DNA of 64,000 nucleotides from Cercozoa sp. M6MM (lineage: Eukaryota > Protista > Endomyxa: Ascetosporea): NCBI GenBank assembly GCA_040357565.1, contig JBDODJ010000043.1; one strand, given 5' to 3'. The notes under the pieces were generated by a model. It did not search any database and was not told the DNA's origin. It saw only the letters and a program-made list of their open reading frames with translations. The translations under genes were made by a program, and so were the position numbers. Each line of letters starts with the position of its first letter. Positions within the stretch are counted from its first letter, which is position 1. This document shows positions 38,786 to 64,000 of this stretch, piece by piece.

Positions 38786-41699
38786 ATGCCTGGGCGCAGC
38801 AAAACTGCTCGCAGTTCGCATGGTACGGTAAGCTAGACTAGAGTCTACAGCCGTGTTTGCAACTAGGTTAACTATCACCCGCGTCGCTTTCTTCTCGCTT
38901 CTGTGTCATTGTCCGCTGGTACAAAATACACAGCTTTCAGTTGTCTTGCTATATCGCGCATTTGTTGCTTACGACTTTGATTATAAATTTAGTTCATGCT
39001 GGTGTTTGTTAGAGTCATGCGTTTGTTGCTGAACGCGCTAATTCTGCCGTGCGCAGTGCTTGGCACTCATATGATGCCACACCAGTATGCTCAACAGGTA
39101 CATTAGGACAGAGAAACCAGTGTGTTTCAAAGAAAGATGGGTTCGCAGGGAATGGGCATGCAGGGACATATGTACCCGCAGCAAGTGCCTGCACACTACC
39201 CGCACGCACAGATGCAGACACAGCAGCAAATGCAAGGGTACAACCCGGCGTCAATGCCACAGCAGCAGCAACACCGCCAACAGCCATACTCGCAGCAGCA
39301 TCAATCGCAAGCCGGTCAGTTCATGCACCCTCAGCAGCAGCACATGGTTTCGCCTGAGGCAGCACCGATGCAGCAGTACGCGCAAGTGCAACAACAGGCT
39401 TTGCAGATGCAACAGCAACAACAGGCTCTGCTGATGCAACAGCAACAACAGCAACCACAGCAACCAAAGCTACACCAGCAGACGCAACAGCAAGCACAGA
39501 CTCCTGTAAAAGTCAAGGGCAGTGTCGCTTTGACGGCACGCGCCGTGCGCAATGCGCTGCGTGCGGCGCAGGAGGCTGATGAGGGTACTAGAGCATCTAC
39601 CGTATGTCCCTTTTGCCCCCTTTACCTCCCCGTTCACCTGTCTCACTCGTACAACAGCTGCTGCTTCGGCGGTGTCGTTCGACAGCATTGTGACGCACTA
39701 CGACGAGCAGCGTGTGAAGGTTCAGTTGGCTTTCTTGCCTTCCCTCGCCCCTTACCTTTTAGCTCCCCTCCCCTCTCGTTACCTTCTTTGCCCCTCCAGG
39801 CACGCAAGAATCTCGCCGAAGCTGCACATCGTTTTCCTCGACTCATGTACTTTCCTACCCCTCCCCCGATTACCCCTTATTGGCTTACCCCCCCCCCCCC
39901 GGTAGGAGAAGTTACGGCCAGGCAGAGTCGCTAGATCTGCTGACACAACTGAACGACGCCGACGATGACGAGAATCATCTGATCGCGCAGGTCGTGGTGC
40001 CTTAGCCCTCCTTTTATCCCTCCCCTTCCCTTACTCTCCGCCCTTCCCATACCCATATCCTACTCATTTGCCCCCCGGACCAAGTGCAGAAGCCGGACCG
40101 ACTGGAAGAACTGCAGCGCGACTTGAACGAGGCGCAAGTTACGCTGGCACGTGCCGAGAAAACCGTCTACGGTCATGTCGAGGTCGGTCGAAGTGTAGAG
40201 ATCAAACAGTGTGTGACCCCATCGATGATACCTTTAAACCGTCTCCCTGTGTAAGCAGAGTTTCGATCAAATGGTCATGCACGTGACGTCGTCGCAGGAC
40301 GAGTCACGCGCTCTCTTGCCTCGTTTGGTATCTTTACTCCCCTACCCTTACCCCCTCCCCCCGAGACCCTTGCCGTGGTAGCTGGCAATCTACGGATCGG
40401 CCAAGACGCATCTCGACATTGACGTGCAATTCGATGGCGAGCACTGTGGTACAACTGGACTCTGAACTGGACTCGTGGGACTGGGACTGGACTAATCCCA
40501 TGTGTTGGGCAGACAACAAGTTCCTGTGCCTCGAGGTGTTTGGTGCCAAGCTCGATGCACTCAAGGAGGTAGCCATCTACCCCTCCCCTTTAACACCTTT
40601 TACGGCGTTGCCCTTTACCCCCCCCCCCCCGCAGTCGCTTGTGCCCAAGACGCCGCAGATGATAAATGACGACGCCAGTGTCATCGACTACCTCGCCGTG
40701 CGTGGTACCCCCTCCCGACCTCTTGACTGTCTGGGTGACGTGACTGATCACGTTTTAATGACTGGAACAGGCGACCTGCTGCCGAGTGAGCAGGAGGCGC
40801 ACGTGCGCGCACTCACCGTGCTGCGCAAGGCGGCAGTCATTGCCGACACCGTGGCCACTTTGTCCACTGTGGCCAAGGGTACTACGTGTGTCCCCTTATC
40901 TACGTGTATTTAAGAGTGCGCACTCAGACAAGACAGGCGGTGGTGACACGTGCGCGCAGTACAAGTCGCTGCGGACGCTGCTGTTGCAGCAGGTGCGACG
41001 TGACGCTGCCGTCGTGGCCAAGCACGTGCGCTCGCGCAAACTGGAGTCCACGCCGCCGCACGAAGTCTCCAGTGTCGACGTTGGCTACATTGGTACACTT
41101 CCTGTCCATCCATACACCTGTCTCTGTCTCTGTGTGGACGTACCTTTGTAAGCACAGGTGCCTACGTTGTGGCGGCACTCTTGCTGAACGCACGTACCGA
41201 CACTGAATTGCTGTCGGCTCAAGACAAGCAGACACTGCAGCAGTTCCTGCAAGCGGCCGAGTACCACCTCGCCATGCTGCCGCCGTCGCCTGCTCAGACT
41301 GCACGCTCCGAACAGCAGCAACAGATGCAGCAGATGCACATGCAGATGCAGATGCAACAGATGCACATGCAGCAACAGATGCACATGCAGCAACAGATGC
41401 AGCAGCAGCAGCAACAACAACCTCAGCAGCAACTCCCGCAGCAGCAGAATGCTGCCAAACCGACAGAGGCCATGCAGCAGTTCATGGCACAGTACCTGCA
41501 GCAACCTCAGCAGCAGTCTCAGCAGCAAGCTCAACCTCAAAAGCAGCAGCAACCCACGTCGCTTCCGCCGCCAAACATCGTACTACACTCTTTCTTCCTC
41601 ATTGTCGAAACATCTTCAGAAATGCAGGAACCGCCTCCCAGCTCTAATTCCTCGAGCACTCCCAGCGTCGATGTCGATGGCACCCCACTGCACTTCTAA
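38786..41699 (+). CDS. Hypothetical protein with N- and C-terminal polyQ/QM-rich regions around a helical core; start tentative
   Basis: ORFs 39122-39934 and 41169-41699 linked by in-phase GT-AG exons; no family recognised. Confidence 0.65.
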
Positions 41700-42050
41700 C
41701 TGAAGATAAGGGTTTGATTGACAGACCGTATTTTAGAACTGAAGCCCGGACCTAATACAGTTTGGGTCGGGTGATTGTCAGATTACTGTATCAAGATAGA
41801 ATTAGTTTGCTCGGTGCCGCAGTAGACGAGAAGTCGAATACCGTCCACGATCGGATGTATCTTCAACACTGCAGTATTACTCATTTCGCTCTCCCCGCGG
41901 ACGCCGGTTACTGTAAAAAGCTGACTGAGAAGTCAGGTGCAGCAGGAAAATGGAGAAATTCGCACTGCATATCTTAAGCACAGTACTGGCTTGCTACAGC
42001 GGAGAGCGGTCGTAGAGCATAGATTGCGGGCCTGAGTTGACATTTGCCAT

Positions 42051-45000
42051 ATGTCGCTCGTAAGTTGAATTCACAGTTCATAAAAGGTCGGTTGACAGTG
42101 CTTGAGTGCGTGTAATTTCCAGAAGCATCTCTTCACTTACAAGCCGCATGTGGCTTCGCCCTACCGCGCTCACAATGTTTCCAGGCAGTCGCTTGCGTGG
42201 GACTCGCGTGGTGAGCGGCTCGCTGTCGTGGCAGGGCGCGCCGCAGTGCACGTGATTGACAGGCAAGGAAAGTTGCTCAAGGAGGTTCCCGTGGTGCAAC
42301 CCAAGTCGCTCGCAGCGTATGCCGAAAAACGAAGCAGCGGACTTAATATCTTGCGTCGACGCTCGAGTGCATTAAGTGCGGGAAGTGGTTCTACTGGTGG
42401 CTGGGCAGCGGCCATCGTGGGAGCTGTTCGAGCTGGACCTGACGACGACAGTGCACGAGAAGCGTGTTCGGTCGCTTGGAGGTCTGATAGTTCACAACTT
42501 GCGGTTCGGTTAGCACAGGCTCCATTCTTTGTGCTGTGGACCTGTGATGATGACATTGTGGACACTGTCGATGTTACTCAGCTGCTGCACGCTGCCGGGG
42601 CAAAGGTATCGTCTGTTCCTCATTTTGGATGAGAAATGCAGGTTTGCAGGGAAAGGCTGCCTCGGTGTCGTCCGCGGAAGTGACAGTGCTCGAGTGGTGC
42701 ACGATGCCAAGACTAAGCTCCTTGTTGGCGATAGGGACACGAAAGGGACATCTAATTGTTCTGGACGTTGCCACAGGTGGTGCCACCGTTCTCCTGCAGA
42801 GACACACGAAACCCGTACAAGAGTATCGTCCTTTTTTATGGCATGCCCCAGCGGTTTTCCTAAAGGTTGGTTCTTTTTTAGAATGAAATGGACGAAAACT
42901 GGGTACATTGTATCCCTCGGTGCCGACCGTTCCTTCGCGATTTCTGCAGTCAGACCAAGCGACGAAGGACTGTCAAAATCGTCAGCGTCCTTTTCATCTG
43001 TCCCTATAGTGGAATCGCTGGCAGAAGGCACACGCTCTTTTCAATTGCACCCGGTGCGACACACAATTCTCAAATTCACTCCGACCGACCTTCGACTGTC
43101 GTCGCAGAAGACGGATTCCCCGCATGGCAAGTCCAGCAACGCGAGCAGTAGCAGCGAAGACAGCAGTCCGATGCGATCCAGCCACATGCAAATTCCCAAG
43201 TCGAGCGGTTCTGCAGACGATTTGAGTGAACGCACAGTGTCGATGATCACAGGAGGTCGTGCAGTCATGCTACATGACGTGCAACGAAAGGAACCCCCGG
43301 TCGAGCTGCAGTTTCAACCGAAATACGGCAGCGTGTGTCGACATGCGTGGTTTGGAGACGGCTACCTCATTGTTGCGTTCTCCAGAGGCAATGTCGTCAT
43401 CATATCGACGCACATGAAGGAGATTGGCGAAGAACTGCATGGACAGAATGCGATGCGCGGCGCAGCAATCATTGATTTGGCCGTCGCACAGCCAGAAGGC
43501 AACGCAAGACTGGCGACACATGTGGCAATCGCTGCAACTGATCATGTCCGTCTGCTCTGTTTGCGAGATCTTTCAACGCAGTACACTTGCTCTGGAGGAG
43601 ATCTTTGGGGAGGTGCTGCTGTATTCATTTTACCTGAGAACGTACGATTTTTGAGCGACAGCTTTACTTGTAGGTTCCTTGTCGCCACGGTCGGAGAGAA
43701 ACAAAGACGTGGTCGCACTCAAGTGGTCTCCTGGAGGTCGCTTGCTTTCCGTCCTGCGAGAGGATTGTGTTGTGGTAATATTAATATTCGTCCCTTTTGG
43801 TGCCGGTGAATCAAACCAAACGAAGAGAAATGGCAATGCCAAACTATAGTCCACTTTCGTGATGGACGCGATGGCAGCAACGGCCTGGAATCCGCATGCC
43901 AAGGTGTTTGCTCAAGTTTCGCTGCTGAATTCAGTGCTCGTGCTGCGACAGTTCGACAAAGCGACAATGTCGCGCGGGCAACTCATGGTCAACGACATTG
44001 GCATTGCAGCCAGTAGTACCGAGTCTTCGAAGAACGAACAAAGAAGTGGAAAGGCAGAGGAAAAGCCACGAACGGTGCAGCCTCTCAAAACGACACTTCT
44101 CAATGTCGGCACTGAGCCTGAGCAGTTGTGGGTCGGGCCGAACCATATCGCTGTCGTGGACGCTTCTCGTGTTCGGGTGTTCTCTCTGCGTACGAAGCGT
44201 TGTGTGCTCGAGCGCAGCAGTGTTTCGTCCATAGAAGCAGTTGCTTTGGGAGAAACATGGGTTGCTGTTCTCACTGGTGGAAAGTTGCAGTGTTCACAGA
44301 GTGAGAATGACTCCGGAGACTTTGTTACATCAGACTTTGTCTACCCAACCGTATCGGGTCAAGATGCAGTAATCAACGTGTCCATCGTGCCGCAGTCGCA
44401 AGATGATTGTGTGTCGGAGACACAACGAAGTTTGCGTGAGTGTATGGTGGTAAGTTCTCCACACAGTTTTGGAGCTGTAAAGTAAAAGACTGCATTCTGT
44501 AGGCGAGGTTTGCAAGTGGATTGATGCAACTGGTGAGCATGCGAAGTGCCAAAGTACTGCGTGAAATTAGCACGTACAAGGACGGAGGCACTGCCTCAAA
44601 GGAAAACGCCTCTATGTGGCTCTCGCACGATGGACGCGTTGCTTTCACAGACACACGCAAGCGACTGTGTGTTTGGGACACACTGACGCATGTAAATGCA
44701 GTCACTGTGATTGAAGAGACATGGGCCGCCGACATCGTCAACGTGCTGTTCGATGTCAGTGGCGACTTTCGTGGCGACGACGACGATGACAGCGAGGACT
44801 GCATGCATGTTGTCTGCGGCGATGGCACAGTGCACACGGTGCTACTGCTGAGAGCCTCGCACACACTGCGTGACGTTGCATACGAGCACGTTTGTTCAAC
44901 AGCAGCTCCCAAACATCCACATCGCCGGACAAGTCCTCGGCTGAATCGCTGACCGGTGCATTAAAGGCATCAAACGCGGTTCCCCTGTGCGTCTGTGAGG

Positions 45001-47955
45001 GTCGTTTGTTTGAGTTTGACGCCTCCCGTGGATTGCTCTCTTGTCGAGGACTCAAAAGCCACAAGACAATTCTACAGCATCAACAGTGCCAAAAACTACG
45101 CCGCTTGCGGCAAGAGCAGCAAGCTAAGACTGGTGCTTGGTATCACCAGCTGCGGCATGATTGCCAGTGGGGTACCTTCCGTGACGTCACAATGTTCAAA
45201 TCGCTTATCGACGAGTTGTTGATGCGGGGGCGGACAGCAAAGGCAGTGCGCTTGGCGCATGCGCTGTACCCGCAAGACATACTTTCAAACGAAGAGGACG
45301 AAAGCGCAAAAAATAAATCCCTCCGTGACACTGATAAGGCTGAGGCACACAACACGTGGCTGTGCATTGCTCGGAGAGCCATGGCTTTGCTGGACATCGA
45401 CACTGCGATACAGGCATATTCAGCAATGGGTATCTATTCTTAGTGTTTGTGTTTGCTCAAGTACATTGTATGATTCGAGACAGGCGACGGTCGAACGGCA
45501 TTGGAACTGACGCATGTACTACAAGCGGGTGCAGACAGCGGCGATGTCGCCTTCCTGCGTTCGCACGTGAGTTCGATTCTCGACGATGAGTCCTCTGCGA
45601 TGAAGCACCTGACTCGTTCCGTTGCCATGCATGTCAACGAAAAGGAGGAGCGTGTCGTCACTGTGCAAGAAGAAGCACTGCAACTCGCATGTGCCCTCAG
45701 GAAGGTATAAGAAGACACACTGCAATACACCGTACAACAAGACGCACTGCAACACCGCGGTGTCGCAGCCTAAATGTACTAAATTAACTATGGTACGTGT
45801 TTGACAGTGGACGGAAGCGCTGCAACTGGCGCGTCGTTTGTTGCCTCAGTTGGGTCAGTTGCCGTTGCTGCGAACGCAATTGCTAGCTGCGCGTGCTGCT
45901 GAAAGCGATGGCGACATACCTGCTGCCTTTGAGTTATATGAGCACGTGTTGACGCATGAGCTTCCAAATGCGTTGCGAGAGCAGAGTGTTGCTGGTGTTG
46001 CGCGTTGTGCCGCCAAACAAGGCGTATGGGAACGCGTGGAGACGCTGCTTCTGGCTGAGGGGTTACCGAAAAATAAAAATTGGAAAGCACTGTCGCAGAC
46101 ATGCGCGAAATCGCTGCTGTTGCGAGGTGCTTACCTTACTTTCAAAAATCGCTTCAAGACTGATGTAATCTACGTGCACAGGCGATGTCACTCACGCAGC
46201 GTTCCTTTTGCATGAAGCCGGCTGCGAAGTCAATGCTGCGTCGCTGTTTTTGCAGCAAGGGCACAGCATGCGAGCACTGCAGCTGTTGCTGCACGAAGAA
46301 GCCAAAACAGGCAAAAGCACGGCCCCTGCGCGACTATGGAGTGAGTTGGGCGACGCACTCAATCGAGAGGGCGAGTTGCGTGCTGCGCGCAAGTGTTTCG
46401 AGCGCAGTAATGACCACGAGCGACTCGTGCGCTTGCTGCTTCAGACCGATCTGCAGAGTGCTTGCAAGATTGCACGTCACTGTGCACGCACCAAGCCCTA
46501 CGAAACTGTGGCCAATCACTGTGTCGCTCTTCTGCAGCGACAACAGCAACAGGACGAAAGTATCGACGGAGAAGTCGCGCGCTGCGCTGTTGAATTTCTG
46601 GTGCGCAGTTCGCGGCTGCAGGAAGCGCTCGACGTCGCTGCCGACACGCAGCAGTTGTCGCAGCTGGTGTCTTTGGTGCTGCCCGCAATTAAAGACACTG
46701 GCGCCAAGTGTCGGATGCGAGTGCGATCGAGCGAGATGCCTGCACGCAGGTGGTTACAACGGCTGCACCAGCTGACAGCGAGACAAGTGGCGTTACCACA
46801 AGCAACCGCCGAAGACGTACGCATGGCAGCTCGTGTGGCTGCTGCTCTGCAAGAGGTCGAATCGGCCATGCTGCTGCTATGTCGTGTCGCTGCGCACGAT
46901 AACGAGGCATTAAGCGACGCTATAGCTCTCGTACAGAGTGCGCATCGCGCAGGAGCACCTGAGACACGGCGTTTACTCGAAGCAGTGCGTGACAGCATCG
47001 TGGGGGAAGGCGTTGACGTCAGAATACCACCGGCAGAGACGCAATGCAGGATGATAGAACTACTGCTTTGTGTCGATGAGCGAGCACAGGCGAGTCAGGT
47101 GGCCACAACAGCAGCCAAGCACATGATGCACGCAGGCAAGTACAAGGAGGCTCGTCGTTCACTACTGCAAGCAGCACTCGTGTTTCGCAAGCACGGAGTG
47201 GAAACCGACAGAGAAAAGGCGCACATCGGGAACGCAATTGGTAGCGCACCACAACAGGTGCAGCAACTGCTGCGTGTAGTGCAGTGCTTCTTGCTGGCCA
47301 AGCTGTGGGCACGCATCGGCACACACAAGTTATCGGCGAGTCTGTTATCTCTCGTGTGTGACCACCTGTCACTCTTTCCCTTGCGTAAGCTTTGATGGTT
47401 AAAACTGCAGGGCGAATACACCTGCCTCCTTTTTTGCGCAGACGCAAGCTCGATCTTGGCATCGGCGGTGATTGAGTGTCAACGCGCAGGTCTCACCGAA
47501 ACCGCACTCTCTCTGGCGAGACGTCTCGTAGCCGACACTAAGATGCGCGAACAGCTGGCTGACTCGCTGCGCCGCAAAATGGAACGTTTCGTGCGACATG
47601 CACACAAACTGACCGAGAACGCTGGACAAACCACCGAGGTTTCACCATGTCAGGTAAAGCCAACTGGACAAGAGACTCGAGTTCTTCGAGGTGTTTCATT
47701 TTCTGGATGTAGTACTGCTCGAAACCTTTGGAGGACATGCAAATGCGCTGCGCTCATTGCCAGTCCTGGCACGTCTTTTGTGTGGCCACGGGAACTCACT
47801 TGGTGCCGAGGCAGACCCTTGCATGCCCGCACTGCCGCGCCCTCGGTAAGGACGAAGCGATGCAACGACTCGTGCACGAGACTGGCAGGTGCCCGCTGTG
47901 TGCGCAAGCATGTCAAGTCTCGCAACTAACAACAACGCCGCACTTTGACTCATAG
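42051..47955 (+). CDS. WDR19: Intraflagellar transport complex A subunit IFT144/WDR19, divergent
   Basis: PVELQFQPKYGSVCRHAWFGDGYLIVAFSRGNVVIISTHMKEIGEEL; WTEALQLARRL; FPLHASSILASAVIECQRAGL; C-terminal CAHC..CVATGTHL..CPHC..CPLC. Confidence 0.92.
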
Positions 47956-48111
47956 TCAGAGATTCTGCCGGTGTCGTTGGTGCCTGACTTCCATCAGTTT
48001 GTTTTCAGGATAATAACTCACTGCAGTGGCTGAAACTAAGTGAAACTGCAACAAAAGCAGCCAACGTGCATGCACGGGACGGTAAAACTATAGAAACAAT
48101 CGATCACGCGG

Positions 48112-50016
48112 TTACGCGTAGGTGTGCCGCCTGCCAACGTGCATGTCCTTGTCCGGGTAGCCCGAGTCGGCCCGAACGACCCAGGAAACCAAAGCAAGCG
48201 GTGTCGGTATGCACCGGTGCAGCGGCCAGTGGCACAGACGACGACCCATGGCAGCAAAGGCGAGTTCGGCCAGTGTCACGGCCACGAAAACGTCGACTGT
48301 GTAGTGCAAGTGCGTCACAGCCATGCCGAGACCCACAGCAACAGCCTGGCAGTTCGCAGTTTTGCTAGTAGCCAGACAGAGTGGAGCAAGATGAGGTACA
48401 GCAAGGCCTGTCGCCAGCGATAGCATGTCGAACGTCCGCGTGGACAGACCGCGCCGGTGCTGCAGATACCTGTGCTGCCGCACAAAGAGCCAAGCCGACC
48501 AGGCCACCTGTGGAGCCCCAGTTTCCGTAATAAGCGTGTCTAGGAAGAACAGTACAAAGTCAGTACCATCGTGTGTCCAGAAAAGATCATGTCGCCGCAG
48601 CCATCGCGAAACATGTCGGTCAGCAAGCAGATTACCTGTACATATGATAATACAACAGTGTGAGCATATCTCGATGTGTTATAGTAGACAAGAAGTACGT
48701 TGTCGGAACACGCTGCGCTGGCCCGCCGCTTCTCGGAGTCGCAGGTTGGATCCGGCAGCACCGTACTGAAGCATATGTGAGGTTCAAGGGTCTGTAAGCG
48801 TTGAAGTGCAAAACAGGAGTAGCAACATTTACCTCAAGTAGATTAAGGGTCGGACGGCGTGCAGTAGCGATACAAAAACCTACACTTGCTTGTACTATCA
48901 ATGGTAATGCGAGAGCTACTCTATATTAGCTCTATCCCTACCAAGAAGCAAAGCAAGCGGCGGGACAGACAGCACAGGTTCTCCCTCTGCACGTGTGCCG
49001 AATGAGTCTCGTGCTGCTGCTTGTTGCCATCACCCGTGCGCAGCAACTCCGCCATCGAATCGTCGTTCGATTCGACGTACCTGTCCAAGGTGATTTTGGG
49101 TTCAGAACCATCGGGATCTACAGTGTGTAAGAGAAGTCATACAAACTTTGCGAACTCAAATGATGTCCCAGCGGCCTCTCTGGCAGCTTGGCGTGGTGCG
49201 TTTCCACAACAGCGCTGATAACTGCACAGCAAATCAAATCGTCTATCACTCCGGGTACACTTAATACCCCTAAAAGCAAGGGTTACGAAACAGCACAAAC
49301 GTGAGCGAGCACAAGAAATCGAGCACGCCGGGTAGCAGTGTACGTCGCACATCGTCCGGCATCTTGCTACCTAGTTCGTGCATCCTGCCAAGTGCGCCGT
49401 GTTGATATACTTTCATTAATTGTGGTATCTCTTTTTGGCAGGGTGCTACCAGTCCAGTAGACCCCATTTGGCGACTTTGCCTGCGTACTGCGCTGCCGCT
49501 CGTTGTGTGAGAGGAGCCTGTGCACGCCAATCACTCTTCCTCTCAGTAATCCAACCAGACTACTACGAAATATATAGCTTACTGTCTGTCGTCCGATGTG
49601 TGCTATCAGCATGAAGATAATTCCTACGGGGCAAGGCCAAATTTATTCGTCGAACAGGCAGTATGTTAATGACAGTTGAAGGCACCTGCGAGTAAAGCGC
49701 GCCACTCGCGTTGCACGCAACGAAACTCTCGTCGCAACACACTCCTGCAGCGCTGCCATCTCGTGGGTTGCTGCTACACCAACCTAAAGTGCTGCCCCCC
49801 CCCCGCGCTGGAATAAACCTGAGTTCAGCAAAGTGACTCTTACATCGGTATCGACATGAACAGCAATGAAAACAGAACCAGCGACTCCCTCTTCGAGGCT
49901 GTCATTCTGGCAGAAAAATCGAAGATAAGCTCCTCTTTATCTAAAGCAAAAATGCTACAACTGCGAATTACTGTGCGAGTCAACTCGGCGTCGACAGTTC
50001 CCGTTCGTGTGCCCAT
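48112..50016 (-). CDS. Inositol-phosphorylceramide / sphingomyelin synthase family protein (PAP2_C)
   Basis: TVLPDPTC, GCGDMIFSGHT, HLHYTVDVFVA catalytic motifs; N-terminal WQRCRSVLRREF..EWRALLAGIIF resembles plant-type IPCS. Confidence 0.85.
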
Positions 50017-50526
50017 GTGAAATTTTTCCGAATTCACCTGCTCGTTGGCACCGGTGGAAACACCTCTAATGTCAGCGAGCGTGTATGCGTCTAAGTTCCT
50101 CGTAGCTTTCGTTTTGGGAGTCCTACGATCGAAAACACGTCGCGTGCATGCCACACGTCACGTGCGCTCGGAGATCGAGTAATTTTAATTAATTCAAGCA
50201 AACTCAGCTCGATTGCACGAACGAGGCTGCGTTGGTGTCTGCGGGACTGTCTGTCGTACTTTCACGGGAAACTCGAAGCTTGTTCAAGTGCTTCGATACC
50301 CCGAGCCCATGCAAATCTGCATCGGCACCGCTAGAAGATCGATCATCGGGTGTCCCAATGTAGTGCTAAACTTCCTAAACTTATACCGAAGAGCGGCAAC
50401 TTTCGCGGCTTTCGTATTCTGCAATAGTTATTGCGAAGTCAGTTCCCAAGAAAATACCAAAAAACAAAAGCAGGTGCTCGGGTCTCGACTTCTACAGCGA
50501 GTCCCGAAGCGATTGCAACTATCGCA

Positions 50527-64000
<13,474 letters not shown>

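Overview
Gene-dense, intron-rich eukaryotic nuclear DNA from a flagellated protist (it carries IFT144/WDR19 and an EFHC/Rib72-type gene; the lineage cannot be assigned from this window). It uses the standard code with very short (mostly ~50-70 nt) GT-AG introns, so the ORF track is fragmented; I assembled gene models by manual splicing and exon boundaries are approximate. About 21 protein genes, many in head-to-head pairs: His-rich ankyrin protein (Akr1/ZDHHC17-like N-terminus), NOT2, a mitochondrion-targeted catalytically dead DEAD-box protein, a small candidate mitochondrial membrane subunit, clathrin light chain, class 3 lipase, DUF4291, VPS4, EFHC, Spondin_N protein, RPL21, CHASE hybrid histidine kinase, bHLH-ZIP-like factor, TSP1-like surface protein, UBR7, polyQ protein, IFT144, IPC/sphingomyelin synthase and a giant Cys-rich type I membrane protein running off the right end. 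Most notable: (1) a 772-bp Mutator-like element with perfect 124-bp TIRs and a 9-bp TSD; (2) the pseudo-DEAD-box helicase; (3) a GTAC-type 5' splice-site consensus almost without +5G; (4) two unrelated 19-bp direct repeats, each with a 51-bp period, next to start codons. Five N-gaps lie in (CA)n tracts and a probable poly-G misjoin lies at the left end. I found no complete novel multi-gene system that I can support.
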